DNA of 64,000 bases. Source: Hypanus sabinus (Eukaryota). Below, piece after piece: positions 9,407 through 24,000 of this stretch (its first letter is position 1; every line of letters starts with the position of its first letter). The notes beneath the pieces are model-generated. The model searched no databases, was not told where the DNA came from, and worked only from the letters and a program-made list of their open reading frames with translations. The DNA is taken from assembly GCF_030144855.1 (NCBI RefSeq), contig NC_082731.1, positions 20,336,001 to 20,400,000 on the forward strand, in the 5' to 3' direction. A program made the position numbers and the translations under genes.

Positions 9407-12400
9407 CACGTCCGTGAGGCAGTGAGCGCTCGGCAGAGGGCGCCCTTAGCCGGGAAAGTGGCAGGAGCGCAGAAACAAACCCTCCACAGTCACGTGATCG
9501 AGTTAAGAACGAGAAAGTTATTCGCAATAGATACGCAGATTTGAGGAACACTCCGTCAATGGAATGTGCACTAATTTGCACTGATTGAAACGTTATGACA
9601 CATTTCTCAAACAGATGCGACATGTTAGTTGACATAGGGGCAAAATATCCAGAACTGATCTGTATTTGCCAAGAGCCGGACAGCATATTTATATTACGGG
9701 TGCAGGAGAAGGAAGCGAAATAGAGATATTCGAAATAGGCGAGGCGCCAATTTCAGTGTATTTCTGGATACGTCCAAATAATGTGTGTACTATTCTCGGA
9801 ATAGACACTGAAAGGCAAGCAAGGGCCATTGCAGATCCAAGAATAATATGCACAAGCTAAGGGCAGCAAGCACGTGCAATTAAATTCATACTCAACGCTG
9901 CCAGCGTAATCGCAGTGACAGCGGTTCAGAAGTCTGTAACGGCAGTGAAGGACACTGGAATTAATGCCGCAAGTACACTCCAGACAGAGAGAGAAGCACA
10001 TGGATGTCAAATAGGTATAGAGCAGTAAAAAGATATCGGTGCAAAGGAAACGCCTCTAGAGGGAAAGCAGGGAATAGCTTTGTGGATGGGTCTCGGAGGC
10101 ACATAAACTGGAACACACGGTCTGGGTACAATGTGGTGAAGGACCCAGGTGAAGAATGAGCTTCAGCAGCACTGCCAGGGGATTGCTAAGCTCAGGGAGT
10201 GGACCAGCTGTCCCCGACAGAAACAATGCGCGACAGGAAAGGAAGACAAGCAAATATATATCCAGAGAGCCCGGATACCTTCGGGATGGTTATCAGATGA
10301 GTTGGGGACGATGAGGATTTATAACCACAGCAGGTGCGGGTATTCAGCATTGCACCCAATACATCAACTGCTGGATGCACTGTCTGCCAGCTGAAGTGAC
10401 AGTAATTAAAGTGGAATCTCAGCAGTAAGAGAAGAGTAAGGAGCAGAAAGTAATAACAAGAAATTTCAAGTGTGCAGGAAGAAACGTCGGAAGCCAGTTG
10501 AATAAAAACAGACAGCTCCGAGGTGCCCCTTGGATAACATTCAAGAAGCGGGGGGAAAGCTTATGTCTCGTCATTATGAAGAACAGAAACCTGCAGATGC
10601 TGGAAATCTAAGAAATACACACAGAGTGCTGGAGGAATTGACCTGGCCAGGCAGCATCTCTGTAGTGATGATCTGTAATTGATCTGCCTGGTCTGCTGCG
10701 TTCCACTGGCATTTTGTGTGTAATGTCTTGTAATTATGGATCATTTCAGCCCGCAGGTAGAAACTTTCCCAACCAGAGACTGTACCGCCAGCAACGCTGC
10801 ACGGAGTATTGTCAGGTAAACTTACCAAGGTGAAGAAAACTTGTAGACGGCTATGACTAGGAAGCACATTTCACAGGGAAAGTGATCAATAAAATGTGCC
10901 GTATGCGATGGTATCGAGAACGGTTCAACGTACCATACCACCAAGGACGCGGCCTGTAAGATTAGTGCGCCATCAGAACCTCATGAGATGCCTCGTGAGA
11001 TGGTGCTGCCGCTTGATGTGTTGTGTGAGTACACGGAAGATCTGAAGCAGCAAGAACAAGGGACTGGAGTTATTTGGGCACAGAGCTCGGAAAAAGCGAC
11101 GCTACCGACTTTGAGCACCGTAAATCAGCGAGATGTTTGATATGTCTCTCCTCTCGCTGTGAAACGGTAACACCTCTTTTCCACTTATTAAGGAGAAAGA
11201 GAGGCTGTGATATTTCGAAAATGGGTTAACGATTTGTCTTTGATGTACTTCATATATCTGTCTTTCCTAATGCTTTCCTGCAGGCTTGAGTGCTCTTGCC
11301 GCGTGCCGTCGCTTTTTACCGGTGGGGGGAGGGGGGCCTCGTTGCTTTGATGTTGCTTTTGCGTGGCGGGGGGGGGGGTGTTGGGGGGCGGATTTACATT
11401 TCTAATTTCTGCCATTCATTCGTTGGGGCACCACTCTGTTTTCCTGGATGTATTAATATTATTGCAGGATGTATTTTCTATACGTTTCTCTGACAGTAAA
11501 TATACCAATTTAACCTATAGAACCTATTGAACCGTCAGTGTTCAAGAAAGGTAGCAAACATAAACCAAAGAAAACCTTTACCAAAACGACAGCTGATGGA
11601 GAAAGACATGGGTTGATGTATTACCATTCATCCTGATGAGATTGCGAGCAATCCAAACAGCACGCTGGCTGTCAGCCACAATGATCTATAGGTAGGGTGA
11701 AAACTCATATTCCTTATGAGATAATGACGGGCTGCGGTGAGACTGGGATGTACAGGGATAGCGAGATACTGTTTGTGAAAGAACATTGTCTGCCTCTTAT
11801 CGTTTTCAAGGATTGAGCAAAACAACAGTAGCACATTGATGATCAGAGAGATGCACTGGGAAAGGAAATAGTCCACCCAAATCCCCGTGACCAACTCATG
11901 GTGAGGGTGTTGGCTGAAAGTGTATGCTCCCAGATGGATCGGACGACAGACGATACTTTTAAAAAGTGACTCGTGTTTTTGTGAATGCTTTACGAGTCAG
12001 CCAGTGGAAACGATGGATTCATATTATACTGTATTTATCACCTTCTGGTTGCGACTATAGACAATGCAGGGTATGAGTGCAGCTAGTAACCCTGTAATTA
12101 TAGACAATCCAAGAAATGGACACCAGTCAGCCACACCAGAACTGACCACAACGGATGGAAACAGATCCATAGCAAACGCGAAGGTAGAGGGCACCGAGAT
12201 TGTGAGAGAAACCTGTGAATAACATGCTAAAGAGCAATGGTGAACGTACTCTGTTCCGACCGCTGATTACTGTAGGTATGTGATTAGTTTAATAGTAGGA
12301 AATAGAAAATATATTGCAGAAAATATCTCGGCAGAGATTTAAGTTAAAGCAGACAGATCCATAAATTCGATAGTATGGTAGAATGAGAAATATTGACGAC

Positions 12401-13903
12401 GGAATCTGAAGACAGTTACGCTCAGTAGCAATGAGGAACAGAAGTAGATTGGCCACTTTCAGCAGTTGCGGCCAGCGATCGCCTGTTAAATTCGGCCAGG
12501 ATTTGCAACCAGGGAGAGGTCGTTTTAGTAATTGAAATGAAGACCACCCGAACCCCTTATTGTACATCGATGAGAGGGCCTGTGAGCCTTATGAATTTAC
12601 TTTACTGCAGCCCCTGGAAAAAGAGTTTTAGCTACCAGATAATGGAGCGATGGACAAGCAATTAACTTAGATCCAATCAGTCAGCAAAGGAAGAACCAAC
12701 AGGCATACCCATGAAAGCTGCATTTCTAAAGACTGTTGTTCACTTTTCTAGACAAACTCTCTGCTTAGCATTTTCAAGGTACCAATTAGGTATGATAGGG
12801 TATATGTACAAACGCCTGCAGGAATTATGGGAAATTCCGACGGAGGGCATTTTTGCTGCGCAGTTTGAGTAGATCTTCCTTAAGAATGGCCTTTCGTCCA
12901 GATAATTATATCTGCCCGTGGTGCCGGAAGCAGGAAATGGTCGAGAGAATTTTAGATCAGGCACATGTGGCGATAAATGTAATTGACTTCTGCGACTAGC
13001 CTTCAGAATCGAATATGCATTTTGGATTATTTTAGAATGCAGCTCTGAACAAATGGTTCCTCAACGCCGCAGACAATCGGACCAGACAATCCTGATTAAA
13101 ATGCATTTTGATGTCTGTGGTATGGGTGCGAATCGTGAGGTGTGAGGTTTGTGTGTGCTTATAATGAAAGCATTGTGGGTGAATTGTAAATATCGGATTG
13201 TCCTTTGATGGTTAGTACATAATATATGAGGTAGCTTGGGCAACGAGTCTTTCAACAGAAAGGGACTTAATACAGTATATTGCTCGCTGTATCTTGTTTT
13301 TTTTTCAAAAAAAAACTCACCCTGATTATACTATAATCGGCTGTCGTTTTCAGGTACGTCGTTTGCTCCACCCTCTCCTAAGGGACTCCTCTAGCTGCTG
13401 CCTCCCGTCCGCTTTCCGCGGGGATTGCTCTTTCTGCAATTGCTTTTCAACCGTAATCACCACTAATATTCAATTAAGCACTTACACTTGTAAGTGGCTG
13501 GATAATTACACCTGCCTCACTACCATTGAGTGCCGAATACGCTTTGCCTACTTCCTGCCTCAGTGGCATGTCCTCCGTTGGCCGGAGGGACGACATGCGG
13601 AGAAAATTGCATCTGAATTCAGATTCAGTTTATTGTCATTTATAAACCACATATACAATGCAGTTAAAAATGGGACAACGTTCCCTGGAATGATATCACG
13701 AAGAAGAACAAAACAGACCACACAAGAAAGACCACATAACGTTTGTTAATCCCCAATCCAGAGTCCTGAGAGGCGGAGGAGAGAGTAAAATCCAGGAAAA
13801 AGTGTGGGGAAATAATATGATGCAAAAGTTGAGGGAGAAAGAGTGCGATTGGGAATGATGAAGTGAGAAAATGAATATATGAGGGAGACATAAGAGCACT
13901 GAA

Positions 13904-13977
<74 letters not shown>

Positions 13978-14754
13978 TGAGAGAGAAATGGTGATCGATA
14001 GAGCAGTAAGTAGAGCGAGCGGTAGGGGAATAGAGAGAAACTGGGAAGGGGAGAATTAGTGGTCGAAAACTGTAAGAGGTTCAGGTTCAGCCTGAGGTTC
14101 AGCCTTCGTAGCGTATTGTTTATCGCGAAGCTGTTTACAGTTCTGGGCATCGGATTTCGGTGTTCGATTCCTGCGCATCTACAAAGAGCCGGATGACATC
14201 CCTTCGGAAAGTGCGGAAATTCTGCGGGATTTGCAGTCTCCGCCTACAGTCCAAAGATGTCATGTGTGTTAATGACTTATTTTAATTTGAGCAGCAATTA
14301 GGTTAGAGTCTTGGATCTCCAGAACGAATGAGAGGGGAGAATATGGTAAGAAAAGTAGAGGCCTATCGATAAGCCTAAGTAGTTGTAAGGTAAGGACATG
14401 GTCAGCATAGCTTTGCGGGCCGCAGGCCTGTATTGTGCATTAGGTTCTAAGGTTTCTATGTTTCCAGTGAGTGAGATTGCTAATAAGAGAAAGGAGGAGA
14501 AACAAACCGAGTAAGAAATACGAGATAGAAAGAGGTACAAAGGCAAGCAGAAGCAGCAAATAGAATTGAAACAAAATGTGATTGGTGTCCGGACCGGATT
14601 CATTTGGCGCTCACAGCCAATCAAAGCAACGGCAGGACCGCGCCCCCACACTTAGGCAAGCTCAAATATGCCGCAGGTCTGATTTTACTCTTAATTATCG
14701 GTCAAGTATATTAAGTGATTAGACTGCAAGTAAGTTGTCTTTAGATCGGAGAGC

Positions 14755-15187
14755 ATGAATTTCCTGTGTTCTGTGCTGATTCTATTGGCCATGATGCCCG
14801 GTGAGGCTTCGCGGTAACGGTCCGTATCTGTTCCTTATATCCGGCGAAAGCTCGATCTGTTCATGCATTCTGTCATTTTATTGCAGGAGCAATTGGGAAA
14901 GATTCCGTGACACAGCGGCCGACTGATATAACGATTGTGGAAGGACAAAATGTAACACTGAACTGTAATTACACTGGCGATGCTAACTATATTTTTTGGT
15001 ACGTTCAGCATCGAGTGGAATCTCCAAAATACTTGATAAGGTTTTATAGCAGCGGAAAGATGGACCGGCATGCAGATTGTCCGGCGAGGTTTACTGGTGG
15101 TTTCGACAGAGGCAACAAAATGGCACATTTGAAGATCTCTGGTTCTTTTCTGTCGGACTCCGCCGTGTATCTTTGTGCCATGAGTCC
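14755..15187 (+). CDS. TRAV/TRDV: TCR V segment V3, leader 14755-14800, V exon 14887-15187
   Basis: Same protein as V2; donor gtgagg; 23-RSS. Confidence 0.92.
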
Positions 15188-15226
15188 CACAGTGTTGTTC
15201 GGTGATGACAGCTCCGGACAAAATCC
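15188..15226 (+). other. 23-RSS of V3
   Basis: cacagtg + 23 nt + acaaaatcc. Confidence 0.95.
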
Positions 15227-18200
15227 CACGTCCGTGAGGCAGTGAGCGCTCGGCAGAGGGCGCCCTTAGCCGGGAAAGTGGCAGGAGCGCAGAAACAAAC
15301 CCTCCACAGTCACGTGATCGAGTTAAGAACGAGAAAGTTATTCGCAATAGATACGCAGATTTGAGGAACACTCCGTCAATGGAATGTGCACTAATTTGCA
15401 CTGATTGAAACGTTATGACACATTTCTCAAACAGATGCGACATGTTAGTTGACATAGGGGCAAAATATCCAGAACTGATCTGTATTTGCCAAGAGCCGGA
15501 CAGCATATTTATATTACGGGTGCAGGTGAAGGAAGCGAAATAGAGATATTCGAAATAGGCGAGGCGCCAATTTCAGTGTATTTCTGGATACGTCCAAATA
15601 ATGTGTGTACTATTCTCGGAATAGACACTGAAAGGCAAGCAAGGGCCATTGCAGATCCAAGAATAATATGCACAAGCTAAGGGCAGCAAGCACGTGCAAT
15701 TAAATTCATACTCAACGCTGCCAGCGTAATCGCAGTGACAGCGGTTCAGAAGTCTGTAACGGCAGTGAAGGACACTGGAATTAATGCCGCAAGTACACTC
15801 CAGACAGAGAGAGAAGCACATGGATGTCAAATAGGTATAGAGCAGTAAAAAGATATCGGTGCAAAGGAAACGCCTCTAGAGGGAAAGCAGGGAATAGCTT
15901 TGTGGATGGGTCTCGGAGGCACATAAACTGGAACACACGGTCTGGGTACAATGTGGTGAAGGACCCAGGTGAAGAATGAGCTTCAGCAGCACTGCCAGGG
16001 GATTGCTAAGCTCAGGTGGTGGACCAGCTGTCCCCGACAGAAACAATGCGCGACAGGAAAGGAAGACAAGCAAATATATATCCAGAGAGCCCGGATACCT
16101 TCGGGATGGTTATCAGATGAGTTGGGGACGATGAGGATTTATAACCACAGCAGGTGCGGGTATTCAGCATTGCACCCAATACATCAACTGCTGGATGCAC
16201 TGTCTGCCAGCTGAAGTGACAGTAATTAAAGTGGAATCTCAGCAGTAAGAGAAGAGTAAGGAGCAGAAAGTAATAACAAGAAATTTCAAGTGTGCAGGAA
16301 GAAACGTCGGAAGCCAGTTGAATAAAAACAGACAGCTCCCAGGTGCCCCTTGGATAACATTCAAGAAGCGGGGGGAAAGCTTATGTCTCGTCATTATGAA
16401 GAACAGAAACCTGCAGATGCTGGAAATCTAAGAAATACACACAGAGTGCTGGAGGAATTGACCTGGCCAGGCAGCATCTCTGTAGTGATGATCTGTAATT
16501 GATCTGCCTGGTCTGCTGCGTTCCACTGGCATTTTGTGTGTAATGTCTTGTAATTATGGATCATTTCAGCCCGCAGGTAGAAACTTTCCCAACCAGAGAC
16601 TGTACCGCCAGCAACGCTGCACGGAGTATTGTCAGGTAAACTTACCAAGGTGAAGAAAACTTGTAGACGGCTATGACTAGGAAGCACATTTCACAGGGAA
16701 AGTGATCAATAAAATGTGCCGTATGCGATGGTATCGAGAACGGTCAACGTACCATACCACCAAGGACGCGGCCTGTAAGATTAGTGCGCCATCAGGGACC
16801 AGAACCTCATGAGATGCCTCGTGAGATGGTGCTGCCGCTTGATGTGTTGTGTGAGTACACGGAAGATCTGAAGCAGCAAGAACAAGGGACTGGAGTTATT
16901 TGGGCACAGAGCTCGGAAAAAGCGACGCTACCGACTTTGAGCACCGTAAATCAGCGAGATGTTTGATATGTCTCTCCTCTCGCTGTGAAACGGTAACACC
17001 TCTTTTCCACTTATTAAGGAGAAAGAGAGGCTGTGATATTTCGAAAATGGGTTAACGATTTGTCTTTGATGTACTTCATATATCTGTCTTTCCTAATGCT
17101 TTCCTGCAGGCTTGAGTGCTCTTGCCGCGTGCCGTCGCTTTTTACCGGTGGGGGGAGGGGGGCCTCGTTGCTTTGCTGTTGCTTTTGCGTGGCGGGGGGG
17201 GGGGGGGGGTTGGGGGGCGGATTTACATTTCTAATTTCTGCCATTCATTCGTTGGGGCACCACTGTTTTCCTGGATGTATTAATATTATTGCAGGATGTA
17301 TTTTCTATACGTTTCTCTGACAGTAAATATACCAATTTAACCTATAGAACCTATTGAACCGTCAGTGTTCAAGAAAGGTAGCAAACATAAACCAAAGAAA
17401 ACCTTTACCAAAACGACAGCTGATGGAGAAAGACATGGGTTGATGTATTACCATTCATCCTGATGAGATTGCGAGCAATCCAAACAGCACGCTGGCTGTC
17501 AGCCACAATGATCTATAGGTAGGGTGAAAACTCATATTCCTTATGAGATAATGACGGGCTGCGGTGAGACTGGGATGTACAGGGATAGCGAGATACTGTT
17601 TGTGAAAGAACATTGTCTGCCTCTTATCGTTTTCAAGGATTGAGCAAAACAACAGTAGCACATTGATGATCAGAGAGATGCACTGGGAAAGGAAATAGTC
17701 CACCCAAATCCCCGTGACCAACTCATGGTGAGGGTGTTGGCTGAAAGTGTATGCTCCCAGATGGATCGGACGACAGACGATACTTTTAAAAAGTGACTCG
17801 TGTTTTTGTGAATGCTTTACGAGTCAGCCAGTGGAAACGATGGATTCATATTATACTGTATTTATCACCTTCTGGTTGCGACTATAGACAATGCAGGGTA
17901 TGAGTGCAGCTAGTAACCGTGTAATTATAGACAATCAAAGAAATGGACACCAGTCAGCCACACCAGAACTGACCACAACGGATGGAAACAGATCCATAGC
18001 AAACGCGAAGGTAGAGGGCACCGAGATTGTGAGAGAAACCTGTGAATAACATGCTAAAGAGCAATGGTGAACGTACTCTGTTCCGACCGCTGATTACTGT
18101 AGGTATGTGATGAGTTTAATAGTAGGAAATAGAAAATATATTGCAGAAAATATCTCGGCAGAGATTTAAGTTAAAGCAGACAGATTCATAAATTCGATAG

Positions 18201-19730
18201 TATGGTAGAATGAGAAATATTGACGACGGAATCTGAAGACAGTTACGCTCAGTAGCAATGAGGAACAGAAGTAGATTGGCCACTTTCAGCAGTTGCGGCC
18301 AGCGATCGCCTGTTAAATTCGGCCAGGATTTGCAACCAGGGAGAGGTCGTTTTAGTAATTGAAATTAAGACCACCCGAACCCCTTATTGTACATCGATGA
18401 GAGGGCCTGTGAGCCTTATGAATTTACTTTACTGCAGCCCCTGGAAAAAGAGTTTTAGCTACCAGATAATGGAGCGATGGACAAGCAATTAACTTAGATC
18501 CAATCAGTCAGCAAAGGAAGAACCAACAGGCATACCCATGAAAGCTGCATTTCTAAAGACTGTTGTTCACTTTTCTAGACAAACTCTCTGCTTAGCATTT
18601 TCAAGGTACCAATTAGGTATGATAGGGTATATGTACAAACGCCTGCAGGAATTATGGGAAATTCCGACGGAGGGCATTTTTGCTGCGCAGTTTGAGTAGA
18701 TCTTCCTTAAGAATGGCCTTTCGTCCAGATAATTATATCTGCCCGTGGTGCCGGGAGCAGGAAATGGTCGAGAGAATTTTAGATCAAGCACATGTGGCGA
18801 TAAATGTAATTCACTTCTGCGACTAGCCTTCAGAATCGAATATGCATTTTGGATTATTTTAGAATGCAGCTCTGAACAAATGGTTCCTCAACGCCGCAGA
18901 CAATCGGACCAGACAATCCTGATTAAAATGCATTTCGATGTCTGTGGTATGGGTGCGAATCGTGAGGTGTGAGGTTTGTGTGTGCTTATAATGAAAGCAT
19001 TGTGGGTGAATTGTAAATATCGGATTGTCCTTTGATGGTTAGTACATAATATATGAGGTAGCTTGGGCAACGAGTCTTTCGAGTCAACGAGACTTAATAC
19101 AGTATATTGCTCGCTGTATCTTGTTTTTTTTTCAAAAAAAAACTCACCCTGATTATACTATAATCGGCTGTCGTTTTCAGGTACGTCGTTTGCTCCACCC
19201 TCTCCTAAGGGAGTCCTCTAGCTGCTCCCTCCCGTCCGCTTTCCGCGGGGATTGCTCTTTCTGCAATTGCTTTTCAACCGTAATCACCACTAATATTCAA
19301 TTAAGCACTTACACTTGTAAGTGGCTGGATAATTACACCTGCCTCACTACCATTGAGTACCGAATACGCTTTGCCTACTTCCTGCCTCAGTGGCATGTCC
19401 TCCGTTGGCCGGAGGGACGACATGCGGAGAAAATTGCATCTGAATTCAGATTCAGTTTATTGTCATTTATAAACCACATATACAATGCAGTTAAAAATGG
19501 GACAACGTTCTCTGGAATGATATCACGAAGAAGAACAAAACAGACCACACAAGAAAGACCACATAACGTTTGTTAATCCCCAATCCAGAGTCCTGAGAGG
19601 CGGAGGAGAGAGTAAAATCCAGGAAAAAGTGTGGGGAAATAATATGATGCAAAAGTTGAGGGAGAAAGAGTGCGATTGGGAATGATGAAGTGAGAAAATG
19701 AATATATGAGGGAGACATAAGAGCACTGAA

Positions 19731-19807
<77 letters not shown>

Positions 19808-20581
19808 GAGAGAAATGGTGATCGATAGAGCAGTAAGTAGAGCGAGCGGTAGGGGAATAGAGAGAAACTGGGAAGGGGAGAATTAGTGGTCGAAAACTGT
19901 AAGAGGTTCAGGTTCAGCCTGAGGTTCAGCCTTCGTAGCGTATTGTTTATCGCGAAGCTGTTTACAGTTCTGGGCATCGGATTTCGGTGTTCGATTCCTG
20001 CGCATCTACAAAGAGCCGGATGACATCCCTTCGGAAAGTGCGGAAATTCTGCGGGATTTGCAGTCTCCGCCTACAGTCCAAAGATGTCATGTGTGTTAAT
20101 GACTTATTTTAATTTGAGCAGCAATTAGGTTAGAGTCTTGGATCTCCAGAACGAATGAGAGGGGAGAATATGGTAAGAAAAGTAGAGGCCTATCGATAAG
20201 CCTAAGTAGTTGTAAGGTAAGGACATGGTCAGCATAGCTTTGCGGGCCGCAGGCCTGTATTGTGCATTAGGTTCTAAGGTTTCTATGTTTCCAGTGAGTG
20301 AGATTGCTAATAAGAGAAAGGAGGAGAAACAAACCGAGTAAGAAATACGAGATAGAAAGAGGTACAAAGGCAAGCAGAAGCAGCAAATAGAATTGAAACA
20401 AAATGTGATTGGTGTCCGGACCGGATTCATTTGGCGCTCACAGCCAATCAAAGCAACGGCAGGACCGCGCCCCCACACTTAGGCAAGCTCAAATATGCCG
20501 CAGGTCTGATTTTACTCTTAATTATCGGTCAAGTATATTAAGTGATTAGACTGCAAGTAAGTTGTCTTTAGATCGGAGAGC

Positions 20582-21014
20582 ATGAATTTCCTGTGTTCTG
20601 TGCTGATTCTATTGGCCATGATGCCCGGTGAGTCTTCGCGGTAACGGTCCGTATCTGTTCCTTATATCCGGCGAAAGCTCGATCTGTTCATGCATTCTGT
20701 CATTTTATTGCAGGAGCAATTGGGAAAGATTCCGTGACACAGCGGCCGACTGATATAACGATTGTGGAAGGACAAAATGTAACACTGAACTGTAATTACA
20801 CTGGCGATGCTAACTATATTTTTTGGTACGTTCAGCATCGAGTGGAATCTCCAAAATACTTGATAAGGTTTTATAGCAGCGGAAAGATGGACCGGCATGC
20901 AGATTGTCCGGCGAGGTTTACTGGTGGTTTCGACAGAGGCAACAAAATGGCACATTTGAAGATCTCTGGTTCTTTTCTGTCGGACTCCGCCGTGTATCTT
21001 TGTGCCATGAGTCC
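20582..21014 (+). CDS. TRAV/TRDV: TCR V segment V4, leader 20582-20627, V exon 20714-21014
   Basis: Same protein as V2/V3; donor gtgagt; 23-RSS. Confidence 0.92.
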
Positions 21015-21053
21015 CACAGTGTTGTTCGGTGATGACAGCTCCGGACAAAATCC
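21015..21053 (+). other. 23-RSS of V4
   Basis: cacagtg + 23 nt + acaaaatcc. Confidence 0.95.
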
Positions 21054-24000
21054 CACGTCCGTGAGGCAGTGAGCGCTCGGCAGAGGGCGCCCTTAGCCGG
21101 GAAAGTGGCAGGAGCGCAGAAACAAACCCTCCACAGTCACGTGATCGAGTTAAGAACGAGAAAGTTATTCGCAATAGATACGCAGATTTGAGGAACACTC
21201 CGTCAATGGAATGTGCACTAATTTGCACTGATTGAAACGTTATGACACATTTCTCAAACAGATGCGACATGTTAGTTGACATAGGGGCAAAATATCCAGA
21301 ACTGATCTGTATTTGCCAAGAGCCGGACAGCATATTTATATTACGGGTGCAGGAGAAGGAAGCGAAATAGAGATATTCGAAATAGGCGAGGCGCCAATTT
21401 CAGTGTATTTCTGGATACGTCCAAATAATGTGTGTACTATTCTCGGAATAGACACTGAAAGGCAAGCAAGGGCCATTGCAGATCCAAGAATAATATGCAC
21501 AAGCTAAGGGCAGCAAGCACGTGCAATTAAATTCATACTCAACGCTGCCAGCGTAATCGCAGTGACAGCGGTTCAGAAGTCTGTAACGGCAGTGAAGGAC
21601 ACTGGAATTAATGCCGCAAGTACACTCCAGACAGAGAGAGAAGCACATGGATGTCAAATAGGTATAGAGCAGTAAAAAGATATCGGTGCAAAGGAAACGC
21701 CTCTAGAGGGAAAGCAGGGAATAGCTTTGTGGATGGGTCTCGGAGGCACATAAACTGGAACACACGGTCTGGGTACAATGTGGTGAAGGACCCAGGTGAA
21801 GAATGAGCTTCAGCAGCACTGCCAGGGGATTGCTAAGCTCAGGGAGTGGACCAGCTGTCCCCGACAGAAACAATGCGCGACAGGAAAGGAAGACAAGCAA
21901 ATATATATCCAGAGAGCCCGGATACCTTCGGGATGGTTATCAGATGAGTTGGGGACGATGAGGATTTATAACCACAGCAGGTGCGGGTATTCAGCATTGC
22001 ACCCAATACATCAACTGCTGGATGCACTGTCTGCCAGCTGAAGTGACAGTAATTAAAGTGGAATCTCAGCAGTAAGAGAAGAGTAAGGAGCAGAAAGTAA
22101 TAACAAGAAATTTCAAGTGTGCAGGAAGAAACGTCGGAAGCCAGTTGAATAAAAACAGACAGCTCCGAGGTGCCCCTTGGATAACATTCAAGAAGCGGGG
22201 GGAAAGCTTATGTCTCGTCATTATGAAGAACAGAAACCTGCAGATGCTGGAAATCTAAGAAATACACACAGAGTGCTGGAGGAATTGACCTGGCCAGGCA
22301 GCATCTCTGTAGTGATGATCTGTAATTGATCTGCCTGGTCTGCTGCGTTCCACTGGCATTTTGTGTGTAATGTCTTGTAATTATGGATCATTTCAGCCCG
22401 CAGGTAGAAACTTTCCCAACCAGAGACTGTACCGCCAGCAACGCTGCACGGAGTATTGTCAGGTAAACTTACCAAGGTGAAGAAAACTTGTAGACGGCTA
22501 TGACTAGGAAGCACATTTCACAGGGAAAGTGATCAATAAAATGTGCCGTATGCGATGGTATCGAGAACGGTCAACGTACCATACCACCAAGGACGCGGCC
22601 TGTAAGATTAGTGCGCCATCAGGGACCAGAACCTCATGAGATGCCTCGTGAGATGGTGCTGCCGCTTGATGTGTTGTGTGAGTACACGGAAGATCTGAAG
22701 CAGCAAGAACAAGGGACTGGAGTTATTTGGGCACAGAGCTCGGAAAAAGCGACGCTACCGACTTTGAGCACCGTAAATCAGCGAGATGTTTGATATGTCT
22801 CTCCTCTCGCTGTGAAACGGTAACACCTCTTTTCCACTTATTAAGGAGAAAGAGAGGCTGTGATATTTCGAAAATGGGTTAACGATTTGTCTTTGATGTA
22901 CTTCATATATCTGTCTTTCCTAATGCTTTCCTGCAGGCTTGAGTGCTCTTGCCGCGTGCCGTCGCTTTTTACCGGTGGGGGGAGGGGGGCCTCGTTGCTT
23001 TGCTGTTGCTTTTGCGTGGCGGGGGGGGGTGTTGGGGGGCGGATTTACATTTCTAATTTCTGCCATTCATTCGTTGGGGCACCACTCTGTTTTCCTGGAT
23101 GTATTAATATTATTGCAGGATGTATTTTCTATACGTTTCTCTGACAGTAAATATACCAATTTAACCTATAGAACCTATTGAACCGTCAGTGTTCAAGAAA
23201 GGTAGCAAACATAAACCAAAGAAAACCTTTACCAAAACGACAGCTGATGGAGAAAGACATGGGTTGATGTATTACCATTCATCCTGATGAGATTGCGAGC
23301 AATCCAAACAGCACGCTGGCTGTCAGCCACAATGATCTATAGGTAGGGTGAAAACTCATATTCCTTATGAGATAATGACGGGCTGCGGTGAGACTGGGAT
23401 GTACAGGGATAGCGAGATACTGTTTGTGAAAGAACATTGTCTGCCTCTTATCGTTTTCAAGGATTGAGCAAAACAACAGTAGCACATTGATGATCAGAGA
23501 GATGCACTGGGAAAGGAAATAGTCCACCCAAATCCCCGTGAGCAACTCATGGTGAGGGTGTTGGATGAAAGTGTATGCTCCCAGATGGATCGGACGACAG
23601 ACGGTACTTTTAAAAAGTGACTCGTGTTTTTGTGAATGCTTTACGAGTCAGCCAGTGGAAACGATGGATTCATATTATACTGTATTTATCACCTTCTGGT
23701 TGCGACTATAGACAATGCAGGGTATGAGTGCAGCTAGTAACCGTGTAATTATAGACAATCCAAGAAATGGACACCAGTCAGCCACACCAGAACTGACCAC
23801 AACGGATGGAAACAGATCCATAGAAAACGCGAAGGTAGAGGGCACCGAGATTGTGAGAGAAACCTGTGAATAACATGCTAAAGAGCAATGGTGAACGTAC
23901 TCTGTTCCGACCGCTGATTACTGTAGGTATGTGATTAGTTTAATAGTAGGAAATAGAAAATATATTGCAGAAAATATCTCGGCAGAGATTTAAGTTAAAG

